Assembly: GCA_038999725.1 (NCBI GenBank)
Contig: JAWBWS010000002.1
Location: 94,850-158,849 of the forward strand
Reading direction: 5' to 3'
Length of the DNA stretch: 64,000 nucleotides
Source of the DNA: Candidatus Aenigmatarchaeota archaeon
Lineage (GTDB): Archaea > Aenigmatarchaeota > Aenigmatarchaeia > CG10238-14 > SCSR01
Shown: piece by piece, positions 1 through 9,027 of the stretch
Numbering within the stretch: position 1 is the stretch's first letter
Layout of the letters: each line of letters opens with the position of its first letter
Position numbers and translations under genes: made by a program
The notes under the pieces: model-generated
The model's input: only the letters and a program-made list of their open reading frames with translations
Databases searched by the model: none
What the model was told of the DNA's origin: nothing

Positions 1-2
1 GA

Positions 3-743
3 TTTGATGATTTTGTATACCAAACATTAAGAGGTAGAAAACTGTTAAAACAAAAATTACTTGCACTAAAAAATCTAAAAAAAGAGAAAATGTTGGTTTA
101 TCTTCTCTGCGCGGTTGCTAGAGGACTGAATGAGTTTCAAGTGAAACTTATAGTAGAATTTGCAAAGCGAAATAGCGATTTTATAAGGGGTGTTCGATTT
201 AGTCCCTTATATCCCAAGGAAGGTGAGAATGAAAGAGCTACTCCATCTGATGTGATTAAAACTATAAAGTTCTATTTTCCAATGGTAAGTGAAGAAGATT
301 TTATAGAGAGCAGAAGATTTTTCTACAATCTATATAGAACTACAAGAAAACTGTCTAAAAAATTGGGAAAAAATTTCTCCTACCTCCTTCAAGAAAGTAT
401 GTATATTTACCTGAAGGTAAAAAACAACAAAATTGAGCCTGTGTTTTCTTCCACTTATCTTAAAAAAGTGAATAGAGTGTTAGAATCTTTTATTATGGAA
501 AAAAGTAAAATCAGGTCGTTCTTTATTTTACTTAAAATTTTACCTTACCTCTTAAGCAAAGATTTATTGAGGTTAAGCATGGTTAGCCTTAAGAATTTGT
601 TTGTTATGCCTAGAGCATCAATCTTTACCCCAAAGGATATTTTCATTCTTAAAGTTGGTGATCTCATATTCACAAAACTTGAAGATACAAGAAGGAAATT
701 TTTTGGTGAAGGTGCCTTGCTTTTCTTAGAACCTTACCAATAG
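3..743 (+). CDS. Radical SAM protein, C-terminal part (5'-truncated by window), resembling the MJ0619/tetraether-synthase-like family core
   Basis: Frame open from nt 3: FDDFVYQTLRGRKLLKQKLLALKNL...AVARGLNEFQV...IRGVRFSP; the CxxxCxxC motif would lie upstream of the window. Confidence 0.55.
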   Translation, partial: FDDFVYQTLRGRKLLKQKLLALKNLKKEKMLVYLLCAVARGLNEFQVKLIVEFAKRNSDFIRGVRFSPLYPKEGENERATPSDVIKTIKFYFPMVSEEDFIESRRFFYNLYRTTRKLSKKLGKNFSYLLQESMYIYLKVKNNKIEPVFSSTYLKKVNRVLESFIMEKSKIRSFFILLKILPYLLSKDLLRLSMVSLKNLFVMPRASIFTPKDIFILKVGDLIFTKLEDTRRKFFGEGALLFLEPYQ

Positions 744-772
744 ATTAATTTAATCTAGTCAATGGGTTAATT

Positions 773-2113
773 ATGAAGATTTGCTTAATAGACCCTGGTT
801 TTACCTTTTACCCTTATCAGTCTCTTGGAATACTCTACATAGGATCTTTTCTTGAAGAAAATGGAAAAGAAGTGTGTTTTCTTAATTTCTCGGGCCAAAA
901 GATTGATGAAGAAAAAATTAGAAAAATTCTCACAGATATAAAACCAGATATACTCGGGATTACCTGTGCATTTGGACAAATAAAGAGAACTCTTCTGATA
1001 AGCAAGGTTGCAAAAGAGTTAGGTGCTAAGGTAGTTTGCGGGGGACTTGCTCCAACTGCGCTTCCTATGTCGTTTATTGAAAATGATTGCATAGATTATG
1101 TTGTGGTGGGAGAGGGTGAACATACTATGCTTGAGTTATGTGAAGCAATAGAAAATAAAAAACCTTTAAAGAAAGTTAAGGGACTTGTGTTTAAAGAGAA
1201 TGGGAAAAAAATATGGACAGGAAAAAGAGAAGAAGCCGATTTGAATAAACTTCCCCCACCAGCATGGTATATGGTGAATGAAAAACTTATTAAACGCCTT
1301 GAATATGTATATGTAGTTGGAAGTAGAGGTTGTAACTATAGATGTTCTCATTGTTTTAATAGATGTTTTGGTTCAAACAGGCTGAGGACGAGGAATCCTA
1401 AGAGTATTGTTGATGAAATTGAATATTTGTACCGAAAATATGGTATAAAAAATTTCAAATTTGGGGACAATGATTTTACCCTTGATGAGAAGTGGGGCAG
1501 AGAAATATGTAGAGAAATTATAAAAAGAAAGATAAAAATAAAGTGGACTTGCTTTTCTCACATTCGAGACTTAAGTCTAGATCTTTTACGCTTAATGAGA
1601 AGGGCTGGTTGTATTCAAATATGTTTTGGTGTAGAGTCTGGATCTGAAAAGGTCTTAAAAATTCTTAACAGGAGCTTAAACCTAGAGGTAGCAAAAAAAT
1701 GTATGGGAAACTGTAAGAGAACTGGAATATTGGTCTTGACTTCCTTTATATTTGGGATACCTGGTGATGAAGTCAAAGAACTAAAAAAGACTGTAGAAGT
1801 AATAAAGGAATTGAAACCAGATATTTGTAGTGTATTCTGGTACACGCCTATACCAGGCACCCCACTTTTTGAAATTGCGAAAAAATGTGGATTGAAGGAG
1901 AGAAGATTGGGAGATTGGGATAACCTAAATTTGTTCACCAACTTTAGGCTCGTGAAAGATAAAAAATACAATCTTCTGGCTACGAAAATTAAAAGAAATT
2001 TGAAAATATGTTTTTTACTCAAAGCTAAATTTATTTTCCTACCAAAAATTTTTGGTATTAGAAGAGCCTTTAGAATAATTATGCGAGAGATTTTCAATAA
2101 AATTTTTAGATGA
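773..2113 (+). CDS. B12-binding domain radical SAM protein
   Basis: N-terminal cobalamin-binding fold (LGILYIGSFL, VVVGEGE); SRGCNYRCSHC motif; FGVESGS. Confidence 0.9.
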   Translation: MKICLIDPGFTFYPYQSLGILYIGSFLEENGKEVCFLNFSGQKIDEEKIRKILTDIKPDILGITCAFGQIKRTLLISKVAKELGAKVVCGGLAPTALPMSFIENDCIDYVVVGEGEHTMLELCEAIENKKPLKKVKGLVFKENGKKIWTGKREEADLNKLPPPAWYMVNEKLIKRLEYVYVVGSRGCNYRCSHCFNRCFGSNRLRTRNPKSIVDEIEYLYRKYGIKNFKFGDNDFTLDEKWGREICREIIKRKIKIKWTCFSHIRDLSLDLLRLMRRAGCIQICFGVESGSEKVLKILNRSLNLEVAKKCMGNCKRTGILVLTSFIFGIPGDEVKELKKTVEVIKELKPDICSVFWYTPIPGTPLFEIAKKCGLKERRLGDWDNLNLFTNFRLVKDKKYNLLATKIKRNLKICFLLKAKFIFLPKIFGIRRAFRIIMREIFNKIFR

Positions 2114-2120
2114 ATTGTTG

Positions 2121-2957
2121 TTATTTCCTTGCAACTATCGTTGCCTTACCAAATAAGAATTTTGCGATGAATATATTTGGGAGCATGTTTAATAACTTGT
2201 AGTAAAGAAGATTTAGTAAGGTGGGTGTGACTACTCTTGTATCTTTACAAAAAGTAATTTGAATTTCTCTAAAGTTGTTTCTTTTCAATTCTCTTTTCCA
2301 TCTTCTGACACTATATACCCTAGAGGTTAACACCATTGGACCTCTACCCATTCGTTTTCTAATGCGCCAATATAATCTTCCACAAACAGAGCTACTTACG
2401 GGCTCTTGAAAACAAAACAAGTAGCCTCCTTTCTTCAAACACCTTGATACTTCTCTTATCGCTTTAGAGATATCTGTATGATGGATTGAAGAACTATCAA
2501 CAATTACATCAAAAAAATTGTCAGTGAAGGGTAAATTTTCGATGTCGGCTTGAATAATAAAATCTGGCTTTTTACCCAAAACTGGAGCAACTTTTACCCC
2601 TCTTTCTAAAATATTTCTTGCTTTATCAACTGCAACAACAAACTTGGCTTTAGTTCTATCTTTAATCATCGCACTAATCCCACATACATCTGCACCAATC
2701 TCTAAAACTCTGCCTTTAAACAAATCTTTATGCTTTGATAAAAATTGTAAGAATAAGCGATATCTTCTTCCTCTGTCCCCAAGAACAAGAGGAAGTTCAA
2801 TTCTTTCCCATGATTTTGCTACAGTATTTTTAGAAAGCAGGGACAAAACTCCCTTAATTTTTTTGAATTTCCTCTTACATTTCTTACATATAAATTCCTT
2901 TCCTGTGTAGTGTAAATGAAGTTTACAATCTGGACAGAGAATCCATTTTTTAACCAT
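2121..2957 (-). CDS. Class I SAM-dependent methyltransferase with N-terminal Trm112-like Zn knuckle
   Basis: CPDC...CKKC; VLEIGAD; ADIENLPFTDNFFDVI; RCLKKGG. Confidence 0.85.
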   Translation of the reverse strand: MVKKWILCPDCKLHLHYTGKEFICKKCKRKFKKIKGVLSLLSKNTVAKSWERIELPLVLGDRGRRYRLFLQFLSKHKDLFKGRVLEIGADVCGISAMIKDRTKAKFVVAVDKARNILERGVKVAPVLGKKPDFIIQADIENLPFTDNFFDVIVDSSSIHHTDISKAIREVSRCLKKGGYLFCFQEPVSSSVCGRLYWRIRKRMGRGPMVLTSRVYSVRRWKRELKRNNFREIQITFCKDTRVVTPTLLNLLYYKLLNMLPNIFIAKFLFGKATIVARK

Positions 2958-2964
2958 AATAATA

Positions 2965-3861
2965 TTAAGCCAAGTTGAAAATTAATAGCCATACTAAATA
3001 GCATATCCCTTCCTGCATTCCATAAATTTCATTTCGAATTTTTTCGAAATTTGTTCTCCTTATATTGATGTTTCTAATTTTAACAATCCTTAATAAAGAG
3101 AAAAATATAGTCAAAAGAAGGAATGAGTGAGAAAAAAAGTCAGTAAACAAAAAATAAACACTAATGAGGGCTAAAAACACTTGTATTGCCTGGAAAAGTT
3201 TCAAGGAATTCTTAATACCATAAATGTTGGGGAAGGATTGTATTTTACCTTTTTTATCTTTTTTTCGATGGGCTATTTGGTGAAGAATTTCGGAAGATAA
3301 AATATAGGCAAAAAATATGATGAGGAATAATAAAGCTTGTGTAGTTAGTGTATTGGAAAATAAAAAATAAACTGTTAAAAATGGTAAGGTGGAAATAGCA
3401 ACTGGATTGATTAGGAAGGAAGGGAACCAATGTCTTTTCAATCTTGTTGGGGGACAAGAATAAGAGTCAAAGAATAAGACAAACAAAAAACTAAAAATTA
3501 GGACTGAAGTTGGTAAAAAAAGTGTAAACACTAAAGCTGGAAGGAGGGGGAGAATTGTTAAAATTAAATATTTTACCTCTGACTCACCTTTTTTGATTTG
3601 GTTGGAAATGTAATTGTTTTCATTCATCAATTTAAAATCGAAAAAATCATTTATAGAAAAAGCGTGAGCAAACAAAAGAGATTCATGAGCTAAAACACTT
3701 AGAAGCATACTTATGTTATTTTCATTATTCAACAAAAAAGCAAGTAAAGGTATACCCAAGTTTTTTATCCAACTTTTCACTCTGTATACCTTCAAAACTT
3801 TTGAAAAAACATTTTCTTTTGACCTAACACTCATTTTATCTATTATAGAAATTTGTTTCAT
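2965..3861 (-). CDS. UbiA-family prenyltransferase-like membrane protein
   Basis: Multi-TM; NDFFD first Asp-rich motif; YSCPPTRLK; degenerate second motif HQIAHRKKD. Confidence 0.75.
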   Translation of the reverse strand: MKQISIIDKMSVRSKENVFSKVLKVYRVKSWIKNLGIPLLAFLLNNENNISMLLSVLAHESLLFAHAFSINDFFDFKLMNENNYISNQIKKGESEVKYLILTILPLLPALVFTLFLPTSVLIFSFLFVLFFDSYSCPPTRLKRHWFPSFLINPVAISTLPFLTVYFLFSNTLTTQALLFLIIFFAYILSSEILHQIAHRKKDKKGKIQSFPNIYGIKNSLKLFQAIQVFLALISVYFLFTDFFSHSFLLLTIFFSLLRIVKIRNINIRRTNFEKIRNEIYGMQEGICYLVWLLIFNLA

Positions 3862-3867
3862 AATACT

Positions 3868-4455
3868 TCAAGACAAACTAATGCCCCAAATTGTTTTATT
3901 ATCAAAATGGACGATACCCACAATCTCATAACTTTTATTCTCTTCTAGTATTACATTAACATAAGATTGAGGTATAATCACTTTAAAATCTGTGAAATTC
4001 AATGACCAAAATTTATCTTCAGTTTCTTTATATCCAATTAGTTTTTGTTCTCTTATTCTAATAACTCTGTGTGGAAAATCTATTCTCTGTACCTCAACAG
4101 GTTGGATGGGAAAGTTATTAGACAACAGTTTCACATTTGAAACATTAATCACTGGTAATTTGTCGTCAAATTTCCAATATTTGCCCCTGAGACTTACCCT
4201 ATCACCTAAAGAAAGGTGGGGAAAATTGTCTTTAAAGTTAGAACCGTTTATTATTCTGATTGCCCACGAACCATCTTCTAAAAAAATGTATTTTCCTATT
4301 TTTACTATCGTACCCTCAATTTCTACTTCTCTTGTTTCATTTGATGAAATTAACATAGAAATCTTAATTCTTTTCTGAAAAGGCTTGAATTGGAAATATA
4401 AGAGGAGGAGCATTAAGATGACAACAATACTTGCGATTACTATCTTCTTCATCAA
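3868..4455 (-). CDS. Membrane-anchored hypothetical protein, probable OB folds
   Basis: N-terminal TM; VEIEGTIV...LEDGSWAIRI...LGDRVSLRG pattern. Confidence 0.55.
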   Translation of the reverse strand: MMKKIVIASIVVILMLLLLYFQFKPFQKRIKISMLISSNETREVEIEGTIVKIGKYIFLEDGSWAIRIINGSNFKDNFPHLSLGDRVSLRGKYWKFDDKLPVINVSNVKLLSNNFPIQPVEVQRIDFPHRVIRIREQKLIGYKETEDKFWSLNFTDFKVIIPQSYVNVILEENKSYEIVGIVHFDNKTIWGISLS

Positions 4456-4495
4456 ATTTTATTTAAAAAATGCATCTATAAATCCTTTCATAACC

Positions 4496-5785
4496 TTAAA
4501 ACAAAGTGGCTGTAGCACCTGCGTGCCAAGAAACTCTGGGTCGAATATTTACAGTGAAAATTTTTTCTAAATTATCATCTAGTACAATTGCAGCTCCAGG
4601 CCATCTTGGTAGACGGTTTATGAACTTTTCAATTTCTTCAGCTATATAAGTTTGCATCACAGCATGCAAAGCTTGTATATCTTCCCTACTTGTCAATCTG
4701 AAAGAAATTACGATGTCACACTGGCTCAAAACATCTGGATGAACTTTATTTGGTTGTTGTGTTATGATGAAAAGGCCTATGCCTGGTTCTCTTCCTTCTT
4801 TTGCCAATCTCTTGATAGCATCGCTCGATACTGCCTCACGATCGCAAGGAATGAAATTGTGGGCTTCTTCTAAAACGAGCCAAGTTATGGGAAAAGTTAT
4901 CTCAGGTCTCCCTCCTTCTATTTTAATTCTCTCCTCCTCTTTTCTTGCAAGCACACGAGAAAAGTAAATTTTTCTAGCAAGTAAAGCAACAAGCAAACTT
5001 CTCAATTCAAAAGAGGGCATCCTTGATAAATCAATTATTGTTACCTTACCAGCTTCAACCAAATCTTCTAATTTAACTCCTTCCTTAGCTATTAGTCCCC
5101 AGCCTGCGACAACTTCAAGTAAGCTTAGTAAAGCATTCTTAATTTCAAGCCTTGTCTCTTTATCCTTTCTTATTTCTTCTATTAGCTCTTCAAAACCAAA
5201 GTTCTGAGCTGAAGCTAAGAGCTTGTTGAAGTTTCTTTCCAAAGCTATTGAAATTTCTTCTGTTCTCTTCAAACCAAAAGCTAAAATTAAATCTTCTGCT
5301 GAAAATTCCCTCATAGGGATTAAGATTGTCCCATCAATAGGAATTCCTGCTTTTTCATACTCTTCTTTTTGCTTCTTTGGAACAAAAACTCTAACAAAAT
5401 CTTTAAAACCTTTGGGCTCAAGTTGCCATTCTTTAAGCAGGGAAGCTTGCTGCTCATTTGGAAATTTCATACTCCAGTATATTCCCATTGGATCAACAAC
5501 AACAAAAGCAAGCTTTTGTTTGAATTCTTCTTCAAGTTGACAAAACTCTTCAAGGAGGACTGCTGCTGAATAACTCTTTCCACTTCCCCTCTTTCCAGAA
5601 CACAAAACCACATGAGGCTTAAGCAAGTCAATCAAAACTTTTGTTGTAAGGTGGATATCTTCACCTGTTCCTACTATATGCTTACCAATATAGCCTGTAG
5701 CTTTCAAACCGAATTTTTTATACTCTTCCCTTGTCCTTCCAACAACAGTTTCTGTGACTATTGGAAAAGCTTCTTCTGTAACCAT
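4496..5785 (-). CDS. HerA/DUF87-like P-loop ATPase (lacks N-terminal HAS barrel)
   Basis: GKRGSGKS; VVDPMG; LEEAHNF; KEGREPG; ITQQP. Confidence 0.85.
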   Translation of the reverse strand: MVTEEAFPIVTETVVGRTREEYKKFGLKATGYIGKHIVGTGEDIHLTTKVLIDLLKPHVVLCSGKRGSGKSYSAAVLLEEFCQLEEEFKQKLAFVVVDPMGIYWSMKFPNEQQASLLKEWQLEPKGFKDFVRVFVPKKQKEEYEKAGIPIDGTILIPMREFSAEDLILAFGLKRTEEISIALERNFNKLLASAQNFGFEELIEEIRKDKETRLEIKNALLSLLEVVAGWGLIAKEGVKLEDLVEAGKVTIIDLSRMPSFELRSLLVALLARKIYFSRVLARKEEERIKIEGGRPEITFPITWLVLEEAHNFIPCDREAVSSDAIKRLAKEGREPGIGLFIITQQPNKVHPDVLSQCDIVISFRLTSREDIQALHAVMQTYIAEEIEKFINRLPRWPGAAIVLDDNLEKIFTVNIRPRVSWHAGATATLF

Positions 5786-5820
5786 ATTTAAAAATTAGAT
5801 TCTACTCAAAATAATATTGG

Positions 5821-5921
5821 GGGAGAGTGGTCTAGCTTGGTCTAAGACTCCAGCTTCACTCGCTGGAATGGGGACTTGGCCAATTTGCTGGCAATCCCGG
5901 GTTCAAATCCCGGCTCTCCCA
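5821..5921 (+). tRNA. tRNA-Pro(GGG) with two introns (5856-5868 at 32/33; 5874-5885 at 37/38)
   Basis: Acceptor GGGAGAG/CTCTCCC, T arm CCGGG-TTCAAAT-CCCGG, anticodon stem CCAGC/GCTGG; removing both introns gives loop TT-GGG-GT; central helices CCAG/CTGG and TTGG/CCAA. Confidence 0.85.
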
Positions 5922-5990
5922 TTTGTCAAATGAGTGAAGTTATTTTGAAGGAAAAGTTCAAATATAAATAAAAAAATTAATTTTTGAAGA

Positions 5991-6077
5991 GGGGTTGTAG
6001 TATAGCTTGGTCTAGTACTCCGGCTTTGGGTCTTTGAAAAAAAGCCGGAAGCCTGGGTTCAAATCCCAGCAACCCCA
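5991..6077 (+). tRNA. tRNA-Pro(TGG) with 12-nt intron at 37/38 (6031-6042)
   Basis: Acceptor GGGGTTG/CAACCCC; anticodon stem CCGGC/GCCGG; loop TT-TGG-G|TCTTTGAAAAAA|A. Confidence 0.92.
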
Positions 6078-6335
6078 TCTCAATCCCCCATAATAGTCTT
6101 ACTGTTAAAGATATTCTAAAAGAAGAGTAAGACCCTAATCTGTTTATATAACTTACATTCTTCGAAATACTGGGAGGAATGTAAGATACTTTAATAATTA
6201 CTGCTATAACTAGAATAATAACAAATGGAATAACAAATAATATTACAAATGCCCTTCCCATGCTTACTTCATGAAGCTTGGAAATACCCTTCAATGAAAG
6301 GTAAAAAGAATATATACCGAAAATAATTCCTTTTT
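6078..6335 (-). pseudogene. Fragment of a Yip1-like membrane protein gene running into tRNA-Pro
   Basis: Translates GIIFGIYSFYLSLKGISKLHEVSMGRAFVILFVIP (Yip1-like C-terminal helices); no proper N-terminus; frame reads into the antisense of the tRNA. Confidence 0.5.
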
Positions 6336-6369
6336 AGACTATTTATCATTTGTTTTTTAATTTTGAATT

Positions 6370-6678
6370 ATGAGGTTGGGGAGAAAGAAGCCAGAATGGC
6401 AACGCAAAATAGCTAGAGAGAGAATTCAAATCCTTTTCAATCTTGCAGAAAAAGAATTGAAAGAACATCCTGAAAGAAGCAGAAGGTATGTTGAATTGGC
6501 AAGAAAAATAGGATTAAGATACAACATAAGGTTTCCTAGAGAGCTTAAGAGAAAATTCTGTAAGAATTGCAACATTTTACTCAAGCCTGGTGTAACTTGT
6601 ACTGTGAGAATTCAAAACAAAATGATAAGTATAAAATGCAAAAATTGTAATAAAATTTATAGAAGAAGAGTGAAATGA
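6370..6678 (+). CDS. rnp4: RNase P protein component 4 (Rpp21)
   Basis: IARERIQILF; RRYVELARKI; FCKNC...CKNC zinc ribbon. Confidence 0.95.
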   Translation: MRLGRKKPEWQRKIARERIQILFNLAEKELKEHPERSRRYVELARKIGLRYNIRFPRELKRKFCKNCNILLKPGVTCTVRIQNKMISIKCKNCNKIYRRRVK

Positions 6679-6918
6679 ATGGGTATTTTGAACCGAGTGG
6701 TAATAGGTTTAATTACAGTTTTCATAGCGACTTTTATGCTTTTCTATATTTTTGACAACATGAACAAATTGGCTGAAAGATGTAAGGCAGAAGTACAAAA
6801 ATCCTTTGTTTGTCAACAATTTTCAGGTTTTACTTTATCCATGCTTGTAATTCTTTTGATTATCGGCGGCTTCATTTTTATAATCTTAACAGTATCTTAC
6901 ATCTTGCTCTCTTCCTAG
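6679..6918 (+). CDS. Small two-TM hypothetical protein
   Basis: Two hydrophobic helices; abuts rnp4 stop. Confidence 0.6.
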   Translation: MGILNRVVIGLITVFIATFMLFYIFDNMNKLAERCKAEVQKSFVCQQFSGFTLSMLVILLIIGGFIFIILTVSYILLSS

Positions 6919-6967
6919 CAAAGCTATTAAAATAAAAAAATAAATTTTTATGGAGTAAGGTAGTAGT

Positions 6968-7402
6968 ATGGTAACAGCTAGGGAAATTGAACCGGCAAAG
7001 CTTGTTGAAAGGTTGAAAGAAGAACTTAAGAAAATAGAAGAAATTAAGCCTCCAGAGTGGGCAAAATTTGTGAAGTCGGGGGTTCATAAGCAAAGACCTC
7101 CCGAGCAACTTGATTTTTGGTATATAAGAGCTGCCTCAATTTTAAGAAGGATTTATTTAGATGGTCCCGTAGGAGTTGAAAGGCTTAGAAGCTATTATGG
7201 TGGAAGGAGGAAGAGGGGCTATTTCCCACAACACTTCAGAAAAGCTTCTGGAAGCATAGTGAGGAAAATTTTACAGCAACTTGAAAAAGCTGGTTTGGTA
7301 GAAAAAACTGCCAAAGGAAGGAAAATAACCTCCAGAGGTCAAAAGATTTTGGATAGAATTGCTTATGAAATAAAATCTCAATCAAGTGAAAAAAATGGAT
7401 GA
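6968..7402 (+). CDS. rps19e: 30S ribosomal protein S19e
   Basis: [18 protein letters not shown]; [13 protein letters not shown]; [14 protein letters not shown]. Confidence 0.97.
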   Translation: MVTAREIEPAKLVERLKEELKKIEEIKPPEWAKFVKSGVHKQRPPEQLDFWYIRAASILRRIYLDGPVGVERLRSYYGGRRKRGYFPQHFRKASGSIVRKILQQLEKAGLVEKTAKGRKITSRGQKILDRIAYEIKSQSSEKNG

Positions 7403-7652
7403 GATTAACCCAGAAGATTTGAAAAAAATGGATGAGATGAAAAAAATAATTTTGAAGAGAATTTTATCGAAAGAAGCCATGGAGAGAATAGCAAGGGTAA
7501 AGCTTGTTAAACCAGAGCTTATTAATGAGCTTGAACTCTACTTGATTCAACTTTATCAAGCTGGAAAGATAAAAGAAGAAATATCAGAAGATCAGATAAG
7601 GATGATATTGGAAAAACTTGCTGGAAGAAGAAAATTTAGGATAATAAAGTGA
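7395..7652 (+). CDS. PDCD5-like dsDNA-binding protein
   Basis: [19 protein letters not shown]; conserved position after S19e. Confidence 0.9.
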   Translation: MDEINPEDLKKMDEMKKIILKRILSKEAMERIARVKLVKPELINELELYLIQLYQAGKIKEEISEDQIRMILEKLAGRRKFRIIK

Positions 7653-7656
7653 TGTC

Positions 7657-7884
7657 ATGCCAGACATTACAGCAAGATTTGGTAGCAGGTATGGAAAAGG
7701 TGTGAAGAAGAAGGTTGCTGAGATAGAGAGAATCCAAAAACAAAAACACCTTTGTCCTAATTGTGAAACACTTGCTGTAAAAAGACTTGCTTCCGGGATT
7801 TGGGTATGTAAGAAGTGTGGTACAAAGTTTGCTGGCGCGGCCTATGTTCCAAGGGCTGAAATGATTAAGAAAGAGGTGAAGTGA
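7657..7884 (+). CDS. rpl37ae: 50S ribosomal protein L37Ae
   Basis: RFGSRYG; CPNC; GIWVCKKCGTKFAGAAY. Confidence 0.95.
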   Translation: MPDITARFGSRYGKGVKKKVAEIERIQKQKHLCPNCETLAVKRLASGIWVCKKCGTKFAGAAYVPRAEMIKKEVK

Positions 7885-8012
7885 TGTACAAATGTATGAA
7901 CTGTAAAAAAATAGTTCCAAAATTGGAAGAAAAAATTAGGTGTCCTTATTGTGGTTATAGAATTTTCGTGAAATTGAGACCAGAAGTGATTAAAAGAGTG
8001 AGAGCAAGATAG
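7884..8012 (+). CDS. rpoP: RNA polymerase subunit P (Rpo12), not in ORF track
   Basis: MYKCMNCKK...IRCPYCGYRIFVKLRP, 42 aa; follows L37Ae. Confidence 0.93.
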   Translation: MYKCMNCKKIVPKLEEKIRCPYCGYRIFVKLRPEVIKRVRAR

Positions 8013-8058
8013 TAAAAGGTTTAAGTTTAAGAGAAATCTATTTAGTTAGGGTGAATGT

Positions 8059-8391
8059 ATGGCCAAAGAGATTTCACCAGAGGAAGAATTTCAAATCTAT
8101 CAGCAACAACTACAAACTCTTTTAATCCAAAAGGAGAGTTTGAAGCTGAAAATCAGTGAAATAGAAAGTGCTTTGGAAGAACTTGAGAAAAGCGAGCAAA
8201 AACAAGCTTACAAGATTGTTGGGAATGTAATGGTGAGCAAGAATGTGGAAGAACTTAAGAAAGAATTGATGGAAAAAAAGGAAGAGGCAGAACTAAGAAT
8301 AAAAAGTTTGGAAAAGACTGAAGAAAGGGTAATGAATAAGTTGAAAGATTTGCAAACTTTGGTTAAGGGTGAGGAAGATGAAGGGGCTTGA
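8059..8391 (+). CDS. pfdB: Prefoldin beta subunit
   Basis: Coiled coils flanking YKIVGNVMV hairpin. Confidence 0.92.
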   Translation: MAKEISPEEEFQIYQQQLQTLLIQKESLKLKISEIESALEELEKSEQKQAYKIVGNVMVSKNVEELKKELMEKKEEAELRIKSLEKTEERVMNKLKDLQTLVKGEEDEGA

Positions 8392-8638
8392 ACAAGTTTT
8401 TTCATTCCTTGATCTTGTGATAAACGATAGGACTGTACCAAAGAATATAAGAAAGGTTGCAGAAGATGTTAAATCTATTTTGAACGATGAGGGACAGCCT
8501 GCAGACTTAAGATTAAGCACAGCAATACACATGCTTGATGAAATCATTAATGATCCTAACATGCCGATGTATGCAAGAACAAAAATATGGAATGCTGTAA
8601 GCCTGCTTGAAGAAAAAAGAAGAGAACTTGCTACCTAG
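8378..8638 (+). CDS. UPF0147 family protein
   Basis: DRTVPKNIRK; DPNMPMYARTKIWNAVSLLE. Confidence 0.9.
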   Translation: MKGLEQVFSFLDLVINDRTVPKNIRKVAEDVKSILNDEGQPADLRLSTAIHMLDEIINDPNMPMYARTKIWNAVSLLEEKRRELAT

Positions 8639-8676
8639 CTATTTAAATTTAAAATACAAAATTATAAAGGAGTCAA

Positions 8677-9027
8677 ATGATTGTAGAAAAAATAAAGAAA
8701 CTGAAAGGAAAAGTGGGTAAAAAAGAAGAAGAAGAGTTTGTTGAGGTTGAGACTGGTTTTGAAGAGGAAAGCAAAATAAATGTTAAGATTGATACCTTGA
8801 AAAATTATGCTGATGTTGATAGGGTGCTGCAATTCTTAAGAGAGGGTAATATACTTATCCTTAGAATAAAAGATTTGAGGACTAAAGATATAAATGAGCT
8901 CAAAAAGAGTGTTGAGAAGCTCAAGAAGACTGTGAGTGCGATGGATGGAGATTTGGTAGGGGTTGAAGAAGATTTTCTTGTAGTAACACCAAAATTTGCA
9001 AAAATTTATCGTGGCAAGGCTAGTTAG
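8677..9027 (+). CDS. sepF: Cell division protein SepF
   Basis: LREGNILILRI; KTVSAMDGDLVGVEEDFLVVTP. Confidence 0.85.
   Translation: MIVEKIKKLKGKVGKKEEEEFVEVETGFEEESKINVKIDTLKNYADVDRVLQFLREGNILILRIKDLRTKDINELKKSVEKLKKTVSAMDGDLVGVEEDFLVVTPKFAKIYRGKAS

Noticed and set aside
5850-5866. tRNA-Val(CAC) or TCA (Sec/opal suppressor) reading of the first tRNA
   Set aside because: It would need a pyrimidine at position 37 and leave an unexplained insert; the two-intron Pro(GGG) model fits BHB geometry and the neighbouring tRNA-Pro body
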